NCBI GenBank assembly: GCA_964016885.1
Contig: OZ024745.1
Coordinates: 88,040,001 to 88,104,000 of the forward strand
Direction of reading: 5' to 3'
Source: Eledone cirrhosa
Taxonomy: Eukaryota
DNA: 64,000 bases
Shown here: piece after piece, positions 1 to 14,900 of the stretch
Position numbering within the stretch: the stretch's first letter is position 1
Layout of the letters: every line of letters begins with the position of its first letter
The notes under the pieces: generated by a model
What the model saw: only the letters and a program-made list of their open reading frames with translations
Database searches by the model: none
What the model was told of the DNA's origin: nothing
Program-made: the position numbers and the translations under genes

Positions 1-59
1 GCCTCCCATCTTCACTAAAATTAATCTTTTGTTTGCTTATGGCCTACAAATAAATTTGC

Positions 60-900
60 AGGCATGCACTTGCGCAGAAATTCAGGTAGGAGACACATTG
101 GGGGGCAGTAAACCGACTTAATGAATATAGCAACAAAACGTCATAAATGCTTGAATTGGTGATTGGTTTTCACGAAGCGATACGTATTATAAAGGAAGGT
201 GAACACATGGACCTTTACTTGAACTTATCAAGGGGACCCCTGGGGGAAGGGGGTAGTAAGCTCCTTCGACTTATCTATTGAAGTTCACATTAACACTGTA
301 TTAGTATCTGATAACTTTTGAAGTTTACGTTCGATTTTAATTTTACCGGACACATTGGTTACCCATTACCTAAAGATAATTTTGAAGACACTGTCTATAC
401 CCGGAACAAGCAAAGGGAGCCCCAGGGGGCAGTAAGCCCCGGCGAGTTATTTATTGAATTTGGCTATTGTAATGCAGCAAAGCGTCATATCTTCGATAAT
501 TGGTAGTCCAATAAAACGAATTTCGACTTAGATGTTATTCATGTACTCCAGATGAAGATACAGTGAGGCACATTTACTTTCATTTCAATTCAGCAAGAGG
601 ACCCCCCCGGGGACAATGAGCCCAATTCATTAACCTATAAAAGTTCAAACTGCCACAATAAAAAAGCACCATAACCTCGGGAGTTTATACTTGATTCTTA
701 CAAAAACTAAACGAAAGATAAAGCACCACACATTCGTTATCACTTGAATTTTGCAAGGTAACCCCCTCTGGAGGGCAGTAAGTCCCTTTGGACCACTTTT
801 AAAGTTCATATTATGGTCGCAGCAAAGCATTTGAACTTCTGGAAATAAAAGTCAATTTAAACGAAAGTTGACGCATCGGTTACTCATGTCCTACAAATGG
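60..900. repeat. Degenerate ~150-180 bp tandem repeat, about 5 units, probably Helitron 5' internal repeat
   Basis: GGGGCAGTAAG-like motif after C/G runs recurs at ~101, 250, 426, 609 and 773. Confidence 0.5.
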
Positions 901-944
901 ATAGCGAATTTTAAAATCCTCCTTTAGTTTGTTTAGCTAACTTT

Positions 945-1222
945 AGGATGATTGAATTTAATTTTGCACCCGGTTGTCTCCCCCGTGTAATTGCACCACA
1001 ATTAAGTGCGGAATGGGGAGTTAACTTTTTTCCCTTGAACTTTGGCGTCATTTCACACTGTTAAACAAGAAAACGTGATTTAACCCAGGTGTACATTTTA
1101 ACGCCTACTGTATGTGGATTGTGCTATTTCACACTTATGCCTAAACTGTGCGAATGATTGATTAGTTTTTGCACCCGGTTGTATCTCCCGTTTAATTGCA
1201 CCCCAATTAAGTGCGAAATGGC
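945..1222. repeat. ~75 bp direct repeat, 2 copies
   Basis: TTTTGCACCCGGTTGT...AATTGCACC.CAATTAAGTGCG.AATGG at ~962-1016 and ~1167-1221. Confidence 0.75.
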
Positions 1223-1879
1223 GACATCTCGCCAACCACACATCAGTGACTTGTGTTCAGTAGATTTCATCACACGTATTTGTATTATCTAACCAATCAG
1301 ACAACTCGAGTGTTGTTCATTGAGCGAAATCACTCCTATTTATATCGGTCAAGTCGGACCTAAGATCAGACTTCTTTTTTGGCTTTTGACATGCGTACTC
1401 TCATAAGCTACCCGATGTTTCTGAAACACATGCTTCTTCAACATTTGTCACCTTAAAGGAGGTTTAGTTAATGTGTTTATGGTCATAAGGTACCAGTTTA
1501 TCATGCTGTGATTTTTCGGCCATTTTTGCCTGTATCCTTTCAATGGTTAATACTTACTTATTGCTATGTTCGAACTGAACAAACATACTGACACTTATAT
1601 ACCTACCACTGTAGCCACACTATTTAATTTCCTTTATCACAGGTAGTCCGTACGCTGCGTTTCCCTTAACTTAATATCTTAAATTTGACTGGTACACAAA
1701 ATCTTGCAAAACATACCCACTTTCTCAGACCACATAGATTTATCACATTTTTTCACAATTTATATCTGTGTTTATATTTGCTTACTTAAACGTTATTTGT
1801 CCACTATTTATCGTTCTACCTGGTTAATTTTCTAAGAACAATTTCCCAAAGAAAAGAACTTTCATTGGTTGATTATCTA

Positions 1880-4800
1880 ATGTTGTAAGCAGGTCTAAGC
1901 GAAGGCGTCTCACCGAAGATGTAAATGCGACACAGAATGTTGTGCAGACGGCAGCTACAAGAGCGGAGGAGGATGACAGTCGGCGTGAATTTCGACAGAA
2001 CAGAGATGCTGCCACGACTGCTGCTGCTCGCGCTCGAGAGGATGAAGGACGATGTGCCGTTCGACGAAGCAGGGACGCCGCTGCAACAGCCGCTGCTCGC
2101 GCGCGAGAGGATGAAGGACGACGTGCCGTTCGACGAAGCAGGGACGCCACTGCAACAGCCGCTGCTCGCGCGCGAGAGGATGAAGGACAACGCGCCGTTC
2201 GATGAAGCAGGGACGCCGCTGCCACTGCTGCTGCTCGAAAAACTGAAACTACAGAGCAACGACGTGGCCGACTTCTGCAAAGTGAACAGCGGCGATCATC
2301 GTTACGTGGCATTTCTAGGAATTGCAATTCAAGATGGTTGTTGAAGGCCTTTAACTATGACCCCTCCTCCGACTACGCCGCCCATGCAGATATTCAAATT
2401 GGGGAAATGACCTCTACTTGCCAGTTTTGTCGTACGAAAAAGTGGCCAGGGGAGAGAGATGGAATGTGCTGTTCAAACGGTAAAGTTAGACTATCTCCTC
2501 TTCCAGACCCTCCAGAGACATTGCAACTACTTTTTTGACAAACACGACGGAGGAATCATCGAAGTTTCTGCGTAATATCTGCCGCTACAATTCCGCGTTT
2601 CAGATGACATCCTTCGGAATAAAGCTTGCCTAGGAACGTGGGTTCATGCCTACTTTCAAGGTCCAAGGGCAGATCTACCACTTGATTGGATCTATTCAGC
2701 CTCTGGCAGAAAAGGATCCTCAATTTCTTCAGTTATACTTCGTTGAAAACTATCAGGGGCAGGCAGAGATGCGAAACTCTATTTCGTCCGAAACTAACAT
2801 TGAAACCATAATAAAACTTCAAGAAATACTTCATGACAAAAACAGCTGTTTGCAGGTTCGAGTACGCTTTGGAAACAGCCACCGACCCAAACTTTAGTGT
2901 GATCATACATGCTGACCGAAGCCCATCTGGAGAACACGCTGGTCGGTTCAACGCCCCAACATGTAATGAGAATGCTGCAGTTATTTGTGGTGAACAGCAC
3001 AAGAGAAATATCATTCTAAAGCACCGAGACCGCACTTTACAGCGTACCAATGAGACACACGGGTCCTACGATGCACTCCAGTATCCACTGCTATTTGTCA
3101 ACGGCGAGGACGGATACCATTTCGGCATTCCTCAACATTCAGTAGGCAATGGTGAGGCACATCTTAGCAAAACTGTCACCTGCATGGATTTGTACGCTTT
3201 CCAATTTATGGTAAGGGACAATTCATTCAGCCATCTACACCGTTCTCGGGACCTTTTCCAACAATGTGCTGTTGATATGGCCGTTAAAATGGAGTCCGAG
3301 AGATTATGGTTCATTAAATTAGGTCAAAAGAAAATTCGATCTGAATGCTACATTCATCTACGCGATGGAATTAACAACGACGTATCCCCAGACAATTTAG
3401 GGCAAGTGTGTATTTTGCCTTCAACATTCACAGGGGGAGCCCGATGTATGCACGAGAGGAATCAGGACGCCATGACTTACGTACGACATTATGCGCGCCC
3501 CGACCTTTTCATAACGTTTACATGCAATCCCAAGTGGAAGGAAATTACAAACGAACTGTTCCACGGTCAAGCGCCAAGACACAGGCACGATCTAATAGCA
3601 AGAGTGTTTCGCCTGAAATTATCCAAATTAATGGATTTATTAAAGAAAGGACAGGTTTTGGGGCCTGTTAGGTGCGACATGTAAACGGTTGAATGAAAGA
3701 AACGAGGTCTTCCGCATGCTCATATCTTGATTTGGTTGGTTACAAAAATCAGTTCAAACTAAATCGACAAATTCATTTCTGCCGAACTACTTGATCCGTC
3801 GATTGACAAGGACTTCTTGTCTACAGTCCTATCAAACATGGTCCACGGTCCTGCGAACATGGACTCAATATGAAATCCCCGTGCATACACGACGGAAAGT
3901 GTACAAAACGATGTCCCAGGCCGTTTTTACAGGAAACATAGACTGGCGGTGACGGATATCCGTTGTATAGGCGCAGGAGACCTGAAGACGGTGGGTTCAC
4001 ATCAAAAGTTGGCGAACGCGAAATCGACAAGAGCTGGACAGCGCCATATTGCCCCCTCCTCTTGAAAGCGTTCAACTCCCATATAAACGTCGAATTTTGC
4101 AACTCAGTAAAATCAATTAAATACGTTTGTAAGTACGTAAACAAGGGATCGGATGCTGCCGTCTTTGGTCTTCGTCATGAACATAGTAGAGACGAGGTAT
4201 CTGAATATCAAGCACGCCGATACATTAGCAGCAATGAAGCCTTTTGGCGCATTTTTGGCTTCCCACTGCACCAACGACACCCCGTCATTAAACAACATGT
4301 CGTTCACCATGAAAACGGTCAACGGGTGTATTTCAAAGATGCAACAGCTGCTCAGCTAGCGATCTCACCAAAGGAAACTACACTAACCGCTTTTTTCAAA
4401 CTTTGTCAACACGACGACTTCGCTCGAAGTCTGCTGTATTCTGAAATACGGTCATGGAACCGGACAAAGTGGTTACGGAGGAAGGTAGGGCAAGAGGTGG
4501 TTGGACATCTAGGCATCAAATTCGACAATTGCCTTGGGCGAGTTTATACGGTCCACCCTACCCAACATGAATGCTTCTACCTGCGACTTCTGCTTCATGA
4601 TGTAAGAGGGCCGAGCAGCTTCACTCATCTGAGAACCGTCGGTGGATACGCCTGCAGAACGTACAGGGAAGCCTGCTTGAGGCGTGGACTTTTAGAAGAT
4701 GACGCACAATGGGATGCAACCTTGACGGAAGCTGCCATCTCACAATCAACCCGTAGTCTAAGGGCACTTTTTGCTATCCTCTTGCACGTCTGTGAATTGA

Positions 4801-6425
4801 GCGATCCTTACTCTTTATGGCAAAAGTTTAAAGATCATTTCGCAGACAAATATAGGCGTCTCGCTCAATTGTAATCCCCAAACTTAGATGTCGGCTTTTC
4901 AGACGCTATATATAACAGAGCTCTGATTGATATTGAGGACAGAGTGGCTTCAATGGGCGGAGAAGTCTTGGAGAAATATGGGCTTCCGCAAACACTTCAA
5001 GATGTGCCATCTGACATTCCCAACGACAATATACGTGAAACGTCATATAATGTCGACGAACTCAAAAGGTATGTTGAAGAAAATGAACCAATACTTCCAA
5101 TGGATCAAAAACAAACCTACAATATTGTCGTTGATTCCATATGTAATCGGGGAGGGGATATATTCTTCATGGACGCACCTGGAGGCACGGACAAAACATT
5201 TGTAATCAAACTTTTACTCGCTGCAGTGAGGCAACACGGAAACATCGCATTGTCCGTGGCTTCTTCCGGCATTGCAGCAACTTTGCTGCCTGGTGGCAGG
5301 ACGGCCCAATCTGCCTTCAGTCTTCCTCTCGACGTGGCATCATCTGAGACACCCACGTGCAACACCAGCAAGTCTTCCGGAAAAGCACTGGTGTTAAAAC
5401 GCTGCCTACTAATTGTTTGGGACTAATGCACAATGGCTCACAAGGCGGCTTTCGATGCATTAGACCGGTCACTCAGAGACATCAGGGACTGTCAAGAACC
5501 AATGGGAGGTGTCACTTTCCTGTTATCTGGGGACTTGCGACAGACTCTGCCTGTAATACCAAAAGGTACGCGGGCTGATGAGGTTGGTGCATGCCTTAAG
5601 GCCTCCCCACTTTGGCGTTATGTAAGAAAGCTGACATAACAAAAATGAGAGCACAACTGCAAGGTGATGAGACATCAGCGGGTTTTGCTGCTGCCATTTT
5701 GTCGATGGGAGATGGCAAAGTCCCACTTGACGGATATGGTGCAGTGGACCTCACAGAGATTTGCAGATGCGTTAAGTCAATTGCAGAGTTACGGACGTCT
5801 GTTTTTGCTAATCTTGAGGAGAACTACACAAATAAAGATTGGTTGTGTGAACGCACAATATTGGCTTCGAAAAACCACATAGTTGGAAACATCAATGAAC
5901 AGCTCATGTTGTGCTTGCCTGGAAACCTGCATGTCTACAAGTCCCTTGACTCTATGGCTGATCCGGACGAAGTTGGTAATTACCCTACAGAATTTCTTAA
6001 CTCCATAGACCCTCCCGGATTGCCACCACACTTACTGCGACTTAACAAAGGTGCCCCTGTCATGCTCCTCCGGCACGCGTCTGGTCGTCTAAAAGGCGAT
6101 GCCTTATGTTATTGAGGCAACAATACTTACAGGATGTGGTAAGGGGGATACTGTCTTCATACCAAGAATACCTCTCATTCCATCCGGTAAAGACATTCCT
6201 TTCACATTCAGAAGGCTGCAATTCCCTCTCCGGCTCAGTTTTGCCATGTCGATTAACAAATCACAGGGTCAGACGCCGACGGTCGTAGCGCTTAATTTAG
6301 AAGAACCGTGCTTCTCCCATGGTCAACTATATGTTGGCTGCTCTCGAGTCGGGAGCCGACATAACCTATTTGCTTTTGCAACTCACGAGAAAACACAAAA
6401 TATAGTCTATAAGGAAGTTTTGTAG
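1880..6425 (+). pseudogene. Helitron RepHel (HUH Rep + Pif1-like SF1 helicase), many stops and frameshifts
   Basis: PDLFITFTCNPKW, KRGLPHAHIL (HUH), KYVCKYVNK, Walker A DAPGGTDKT, IVWD, SQGQT and FSHGQLYVGCSRV across the ORF fragments. Confidence 0.95.
1935..2285 (+). repeat. 69-bp coding tandem repeat (23-aa, STPR-like) at the Helitron 1 N-terminus
   Basis: EDEGRRAVRRSRDAAATAAARAR repeated about 4-5 times. Confidence 0.75.
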
Positions 6426-6804
6426 GCACCCCATCCGCCAACAAGTAATCGCTGTTTTTTTTTTTCGTATAAGTGCTCATATTTGCTGTATCCGTGTGCT
6501 ATTTTTTGTCCTTTTGACAATATCACGTACACCTCTGAGGTTGCTTTTACTATACGTTATAAATGTTCAATGTCTCGGTTTTCCGCACTTATATGATGCT
6601 ATTACGCTTTGCTATCGATGCTCCGTAGTTTTAACCTAAATAATCTACTTTTCCCTACATCTTATTTACACATTTCTTTGACATTCCAGCGTGATTTACC
6701 AAGGCCGTTTCTGTCGCCACCGACTGTTACATGCTTTTCTAGGTTACAATCTCAAATAACAAGCAAAGCAAATACGACACACCAAAGTGGTGTGAAGGAC
6801 TTCT

Positions 6805-7175
6805 TAAGGGCCACCACCTCTAATCGGAGTCGTCTTTGGTGACAGCTCTGCCACTGGGACTTTTAAGAGTGAACGATCTAAGGCCCACTTCAGGGCCACC
6901 AAGTTTAAAATCGGATTCATCTTTGCTGGCAGCACCGCCGCTGAGATATTTCAACGTGAACGTTAAAAGGTCCTCTTCAGTGCCACCAACTATAAATTGT
7001 TAGCGCTGGATTCGTCTTTGCTGGCAGCACCGCCACTGAGACTTTTAAGAGTGAACGATCCAAGGCTCTTTTTAGGGGCCACCAACTTTAAATTGTTACC
7101 ATCGGATTCGCCTTTGCTGGCAGTACCGCCGCACAGATGTTTCAAAGTGAACGTTCAAAGGCCCTCTTTAGGGGA
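6805..7175. repeat. ~87-96 bp subterminal tandem repeat in Helitron 1
   Basis: GTGAACG anchors at 6869, 6956, 7051 and 7147 with shared GCCACCAA...GGATTC.TCTTTGCTGGCAGCACCGCC. Confidence 0.85.
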
Positions 7176-7458
7176 AACACCTATACATTTTTCCTTCTAT
7201 AGACCAGTTTAACGTAAGTCTTTCAGTTCATTTGAACGGCTACTCCATTGAGAGTTATACCGGGAAACGCCGGGTACCTCTGCTAGTACACAATAAAAAA
7301 AAATGGAACAAAACATTTATAACTGAATTGCAAAGTAAATACTTGAGCGAAAAACAGCTGCATGTTATGATAATAATATAAGAATGTGACATTTATGTAA
7401 TAATGGTAAAGTTTGATTGTGTTCTGTCCTGTTTTTAAATTGATATATATACACACAC

Positions 7459-7490
<32 letters not shown>

Positions 7491-7566
7491 GTACATATAT
7501 ATATGCATATATATATACATATAAATGTGTATATACATATAAATAAATATGTATATATATATATAC

Positions 7567-7656
<90 letters not shown>

Positions 7657-7818
7657 TTATATATATACACACATATATATATATAGTAATAATAATAAAT
7701 TTGAAGACTAAAATCGAAAGAGGGCTCGATAAGGATTAATATATATCAAATATATATCAACCGTAAGCAAATATTTATTATATATACATATATATGTATA
7801 TATATATATACACACACA

Positions 7819-10800
7819 TTCCGCAGTAAAGGCTCGAGAGTCAATACGTACAGAAGGGAAGAGAGACGGCACCCTTGACAGACCGATCGGGAGAGCTGAA
7901 ATGGTTCCGTGAGGTGGCCATTAACCTTGACCACCGAGCGTCTGCCGCTGTGCATTGCAGCGATCCAGCTTCTGAAGATAGGGCCGAAGCCAGCCGCTTT
8001 TTTGGACAAACTCCAGATACCGATGGTCGACCCTATCGAATGCTTTCGATTGATGTAAATTGATCAGAGCCCCACCGAAGCCAAGTTTACACCCAACCCT
8101 CTCTATGATGTATCGCATGAGGTGGAAATTGTCGTGTATCGACCTGGCTGGGATTGTGCAAGTTTGCGCCTCCCGAACCAAATCCTCGACGACAGCGCCA
8201 ATCTCTTTGCTAACACCTTGGCCAAAATCTTAAACTCTGTGCTGAGCAGAGTTATGGGTCTGAACTGGTCTAACGTATCCCCCTTGTGCTCGTTTTTCCT
8301 TATCAGCGTCAGCACTCCCGCGCTCACAGAACTGGGAATATTCCCATTCTGCTGCCAGTTGCAGTAGAGTGCTTCGACGAGATCGGAGAACAAGTCTGGC
8401 ATATTTACGTAAATATCGTAGGGCAAGCCATCCAAATCAGTTGACTTGCGCCTCGTGCAGCCGAGAAGGGGGTCCTGAATTTCGGCTGAAGTAATCGGCC
8501 TTTCGCAGCGCTCAGCGTCGACCGCCGAGATGTGCGGCAAGCCGTCAAGGTAGGGACTGAAATCCGCTACTCTCTCTGACTCGCCATTCTCCCCGAACAA
8601 CCGAGCAAAGTTCTGGCAAAAGGCCTCACACATCCGCTTGGAATCGCTTATCTCGTGTCCGTATCGGTCCGCCAAAGACCGAATTGTGGTTTTATTACCA
8701 CGATGCGCCTCCGCCACGCGGGCCCATTGAACAGCTTTGGTTCCCTCGTTTCTCAGCGCACGCGCCTTAGCTCTGACAATGCAACCTTCGTGTTTCGCAT
8801 TGAAGAAATGGTCTAATGCCATTCTCGCTGCTAGCACGTCAGTTGCAATGCCACTACAAATAGCCTCGTCAAACTTAGCTACCAGCTCCCTCTCCTTTCT
8901 ATTTTTCTCTAACGCTATTTATTTGCTGAACTCTATCGAAGTTACTCTAATCTCTCTTTTGACATCCCCCCACCATCTGTTGTTGATGATCCTCCCTGTC
9001 AACCTTTGCTTAACTAAATTGTTGACTCGGTCCCTGTAAGCCATACGTGCCGGAAATCTTCACCTTCCAGTAACCCGGTCCCAACCTACGCGATTTATCT
9101 AGCTCGACCATACAGATCACAATTTTGTGATCTGAATAGCCGACCGTTTTAAAAAGTGGCAACCTACACAATTTCTATCTATTTTCCTAATGAAGATCCT
9201 GTCTATATACGATGTAAATGACCCATGCGGTTGGTCCATGTCCATACTGACGCATTGGGGAAATCTAGTCGATACCTGTCTGACAGTTGGAACTGGCTGA
9301 TTAGGTGCTTGAGGCTTTTGCACCCCCCCGCTCCTATCAGCTACTCCCACACAATCCCAGCGTGCGTCTAAGATGCCATTCCAGTCCCCCGCTAACAGTA
9401 AAGTGCGAGACGTACGCAGAAAGGTCTCCAGGCGCCTAAAGAAGTCCGGTCGTCCGGCCCCTGTAGGGGCGTAAACGGCCACAGTCTAAAAACACCACCT
9501 TCGCTACTGCTCACATCCAAGACCACCAACTTACCGTCCGGGTCCCGGAAGATTGACCTTACCTCGAGATTCAGTCTTTTCCTAAATAGCACTGCCATCA
9601 CAACTCCTAACAGATGCGAAGATCTGATAGTCGTCGAATATGGGGGTTAGTGCGCGCGTGTCGTAAATTCTAGTCTCGGTGACGGCAATCACATCCATTT
9701 CCAGCGACCTGAGGTCGTTGAGCAGGCAACCCTGCTTCCTGGGTAACTCCAGGTCGCGAACATTTAAACTTCCTACTCTTAATATGCCCATGTTGGCAAG
9801 CTAAAAGAGAGAGAGAAGGTTTACTTACATCCCGGGATCTTGAGGGGATCGGGTGGTTCGCCCTCCATGGTTGGTGGGGTTTCTTTTGGGAACCACTTTA
9901 AAAGTCTCGATGTGGGTTTCACATTCGCGGTTCCCACGTCTTGAGGAAAGCTCTCCCCAATTTCTTTGAAGGAATCGAGTGAGATTAGGACTAGAAGCAA
10001 ATCTGGCACGCAAAATGTGCTCATTTCAAAGATCTCCCCCTCTGTCTGAATGTCCTCGCTTCGTGCTAAGAGGGCCATTAGTTTATCGTTGGCCCTTCTG
10101 ACAATCACGAAGTTTTAACATTTTGTTGGTGCGGTTTTATTTGTTTTCGTTTTGGTGACAGTGGTGGTTTTGGTTGTGTTGTTTTGGTGTTTGTTGTAGG
10201 TGTGGTGTCTGCAATTTCAGGTATTTGTGCATTTATTTGAACTTGTGTTTGTTTAGGTTGTTTGCGTTTCGGAGATTGTGTCGATGTTGCTGTTGGTGCT
10301 GATGTTATTGAGGAAGTGTTTGCGTTAGTGGTGTCTGTATTTTTTGTTGAGTATGTTTTTGTGTTTTGTTGGGGCTTTTTGGGGGGTGAGTTTTCTCTAT
10401 TTTTTGGCACTTTTGGGTTTACCATCATCTTCGCTGCTGGAAGACAAAGGGTCTGTGGCTGTAAGTGTCTCTGTGTTTGTGTGTGCGTTTATTGTTTTGT
10501 CTATGTGTATAATTGGAGGGGTAGAGGGAGTGGGCGAGCTTTCCTAGTTTACCTCTTGGATTGGTTTCGGTGTTGGTGGTGGTCCGGCTGTTTTTGATGT
10601 TGGTGTCCGTGTCTTTGTAGGTTTTGTTTTTGGCGGTATTGGTGCAGCTTTCCGTGCTGACACTGGCGTTGGCAACAAAGGAGGTTTGCGACCCCCTGAA
10701 CTTTTGTGCTGCGGGCAGAAGGCTTGCAGATGCGTTGCTTCCCCGAAGACGAAGTAGTGCGGCCTTCTCCCCTCAGTGATTAGTTGGAATGTTGTCACGT

Positions 10801-10982
10801 CCTGCAGGCGGGCAAAATCCGGGATGTTGTTCATGCCCTCTGGTTTCATTTGGAGAAGAATCTGCAAACCCATTCCGGACCAGTCTTCTCCCTCTGTACT
10901 TTTGATATTCAGGAGGGTAGTGTCTGTCTCCTCCTCGATTACGCATCCCAGGAGCCACCATATGTTCATTCCTGGTGGGAAT
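7819..10982 (-). mobile_element. Tx1/L1-clade LINE copy 1, truncated at both ends (ORF1 3' part, APE, RT N-half)
   Basis: APE motifs (GSLNV, DVIAVTET, VYAPTG, LAGDWN, SYIDRIF) and RT motifs (FRPITLLSTEFKILAK, QSKAFDRVDH, QGCRLS); homologous to 15406-21013. Confidence 0.9.
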
Positions 10983-11924
10983 GATAATAATAACAATAGG
11001 GAAGATACGCACATAGTGGATACAGTGTTATGGAATCGCTCCCGTAATTTTTTGATTTTTTACATATTGAAAACAATTGTGATAGAATAATTCTTATTAC
11101 AGATAGGACATAAGATACCAGTCTCTACTCTCAGGAAGTGAAAACGCATAACATTATGGCATAGGGCTCCAATATTTAATACTTAATTTTGTATCAGAAA
11201 TGTTATAGTGAAAAAAGAAAATGGTTACAAATGGAAGAAACAACAGCCAAATAATTTCACCACCACCACCACTATCACAAACAATTTAGCTAGATACAAA
11301 CCAAAACCAACAGCTACAACAACAACATCACAACACCATCACTACAGTATTACTATCCCATCACCACCGTCACCACTGCATCATCGCTACCACCACTATT
11401 CCCCCACTACCTCCTGTTAAGAGAGGGATGGTAGTAGTACCACGACACATGACTAGAAGCGAGGAAGTCACCAAAAGATATAAAAATATATAAATAGACT
11501 GATTTAGTGACCCGGTCAAACAGCTAACAACAACAACACCGAAATAATTATTGTTTTTGTATCTCTAAACTCTCTCAAAATGTTTAGTTTAAACGATATC
11601 AAATCTAAACTATAATATAATAATAATAATGATAAGCAACAAGTCGAACAATTACAGAACAGAACACAGACAAAAACAAATGCAACAACAAAAGAAAAAC
11701 AAATTTCAAAAGTTTTGAACGCAACAACCCCTACTTCCCTCGTAGCTAAAATCAAAAATAACAGCAGCAGCAGCAACACTTGTAACCGATGTGACTCGCC
11801 TTGAAAAAAAAAGGGAAAAAACAAACAAACAAAAAAACTAAGTCAGACATTCAAACATTACAATGAAATTTATGTTTATTTTTTAAAGTTTTTATCTATT
11901 TGTTTGTTTATTTATGTTCGTCTA

Positions 11925-14900
11925 CAGCGTGATGGTGCCACGCTAAAATCACCGGTGGTTATGTAACCATATATTCACCAATTCTCGATATGAGTGTTTA
12001 AATATCGAACCCAAACAGTTCGAATAACGGTGAAGAGGAGACTTGAACGTCATGTGAAAGACTCTCGGCCACCAAGTGCTCCCTGGCCCAGCAGCAGGGA
12101 CCTGGCTGTCATCCAAATACTGCTGGTGTTGGATGAAGAAGAAGAAGGAAAGGAACAAGAACCAACTGGATGAAAGAATTGAATAGAACTGTCATGGAAT
12201 GTTACTTGAAGTGTAACCCCATAGAAAAAGGCTATAGGAAACGGATGCATAACATCTGGAACGAGATTGGTCTATTTAAATTAGATGAACAAAAATTGGC
12301 CAAGCAGGCTCGGATAATAAGAATTAATGGATGGGTAAGCGAGTTGGAACTGGAGGAACTGAGCAGAGAGATTAAGTTGGAAATGGAGAGAGGAGTATGT
12401 CAGGCAAACGAGCCAGTGGGAAATGAAGGTGAAGAGGTTGAGAGACTTGAGGAAGCATTCGAAGCAGACAAAGATCTGAATGCTGAAATAAATAATACCT
12501 GGAACAAAGATATGGCTATTGAGGAAGTAAATGCTGACGGGCTGGGAGAATATTTGGTTGATATCCTGAACTTAGTGGTAGATGAATTGAACAATGGTAG
12601 TGGAAAACCTATGAACCTAAGATTTGTAGACAGGAAAAAGTTAAAAGAAACAACAGCTAAGTTAAACAATGTCATCCCATACCTTGAGGCGAGGAACCTC
12701 CACCAATGCAACAATATCCTCAAAGCAACAGCAAATGCGGTGAGGAAATTACTTGGCATAAAAACGAGATGAAACAACAAACGAGAAAGATCATAACCTT
12801 GGTGGAAGAAACGAATCAATTGTCAAATCATGGAAGTGAGAAATGACATTGGAAAGATTGAGTCCCTACTGAATGGGACATTACAAAATATAGACACTAA
12901 AAATAGATTGGAAATAAAGTACAAAACTAGGGTGAAAAAGCTAAATATTATCATAGAGGAACTGAAGCAACGCATTGTAGTAAAGAGTGCAAAGATTAGG
13001 CGGTATGAGAGCAGAGTCAGTCAGTATAGACAGAACCGCATGTTTGACAAGAACCAGAAGATGTTGTTTGGACAGCTTGAAATGGAAAAAATGGTCAGAC
13101 AGTGTGGATTGAGACAGTACAAAAGGAGATGAGTGAACAAGCACACCAACAAACTGATTTGCGTATCACAGTTGAAACTCTTAAAGGGCAGGCCAAAAAA
13201 CTAACCAACAGGAAATCACCAGGCCCAGATGGTGTGCAGGGGTATTGGATTAAAAATATAACATCACTCCACCCGAAACTGACAACCATGTTCAATGACT
13301 GCTTGATGTCGTGGTTGACAAAAGGTACCACAGTTCTGGTAATGAAAGACCGAATCAAGGTTAATGATGTTACCAACTATAGACCTATCATATGTCTGTC
13401 CGTAATGTGGAAACTGCTAAGAAGCATTGTGTCTGAGGAAATCTACCATCACCTCCACATAAACAACTTGTTACCGGACGAACAGAAAGGATGCCGAAAG
13501 AAGTCCCGTGGTACAAAAGACCACTTACTAATTGATAATATGGTAATGAGGAATTGCAAGAGGAGACACATTGGTCTTGCCATGGGATGGATAGATTCGA
13601 CATGGTACCTCATTCTTGGATCACCAAAAGCCTAGAGATCTTCAAGGTGACAGATAATATCAGATAGTTGTTGAGAAAAAGTATGAAGTCCTGGGAAACA
13701 GAGTTAACTTCGGGCATGCGTTAAGATCAAGAGAGGCATCTTCCAGAGAGATAGTTTGTCCCCTCTGCTGTTTGTCCTTACCCTGATACCTCTGACCATT
13801 ATATTGCGAAATGTGAGAGCAGGATACAAGTTGGGAAAAGGAGAGTTTACCATCAACCACCTCCTCTTCATGGACGATCTTAAACTCTTTGGGAAGAGTG
13901 AGAAGGAGTTGGATGTACTTGTTGACACTCCGTATTTTCAGCAATGATATATGTATGCAATTTGGTATTAATAAGTGTGGAGTCCTAGTGATGAGGAGGG
14001 GTAAATTGAGCAGAAGCAACGGAACCCAGGTACCAACAGGTGAGATGAGAAAGGAAATTGACACTGAAGAAGGATACAAATATTTAGGTGATCTGGAGGC
14101 AGATGACATCAAGAACAAAAAAATGAAGGAATTGATAAGATCTGAGTACATTAGGAGAGTAAGGATCGTATTAAAATCACATCTAAATAGTAGGTATGTC
14201 ATAAGTGCAGTGAATTCCCGAGCTGTGTCTATTATTAGGTATAGTGCGGGAATTCTGAAATGGAATGTTGCTGAACAAAACGAAATGGATAGGAAGACTA
14301 GGAAGCTATTGACTACCTACAACATGTTCCACAAGAGGAGTGATGTCGATAGACTCTACTTAAAGAGATCTGAAGGTGGAAGAGGTCTTATCAGCATAGA
14401 GGATTGTGTTCAGAGGGAGAAAAACAACCTGCACAAATACGTGACTGACAGTAGGGAGCCAATGTTCAAAATTGTACTCAAGTAGAGGACAATAGACCAG
14501 GGGATGTCTAAGGAGGAAATAACAACAAGGAGGAAGAGCAACCTTCATGAAAATTCCCTTCATAATACCTTCTTTAAGAAAACTGAATTTAGAGATCCAC
14601 AGACATGGAACTGGTTAAAAAAAGGAGACATTAAAAAGGCTAAGAAGGAATGCTAATGGCTGCGCAAGAGCAGGCCCTCAGAACGAAGTGGGTGAAACAC
14701 CATATTTACAAGGAGGAGGCTAGCCCACTGTGTAGGATATGTGGAGAGAGAGAGAGAGGAGACTGTAGCTCACATTGTAGCCGAGTGTAAACCCATACCC
14801 AGACTCACTATAAAGGCTGGAGACATGATGTGATGGGCAGGGTGATCCACTGGCACCTATGCAAAGTAAACAATTTACCACATTCTGAGAAGTGGTATGA

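Larger units (their letters stand above)
1..7286 (+). mobile_element. Helitron 1 (decayed autonomous type); 5' end not identified
   Basis: RepHel pseudogene; 3' imperfect GC hairpin TACCGGG-AAACG-CCGGGTA followed by CTAG|T at 7283-7286. Confidence 0.85.

Noticed and set aside
1824-2344. Overlapping alternative-frame ORFs
   Set aside because: Stop-free by-products of the GC-rich 69-bp repeat.
6805-7175. CRISPR-like array
   Set aside because: Whole units are homologous, with no unique spacers, no cas genes and a eukaryotic context.
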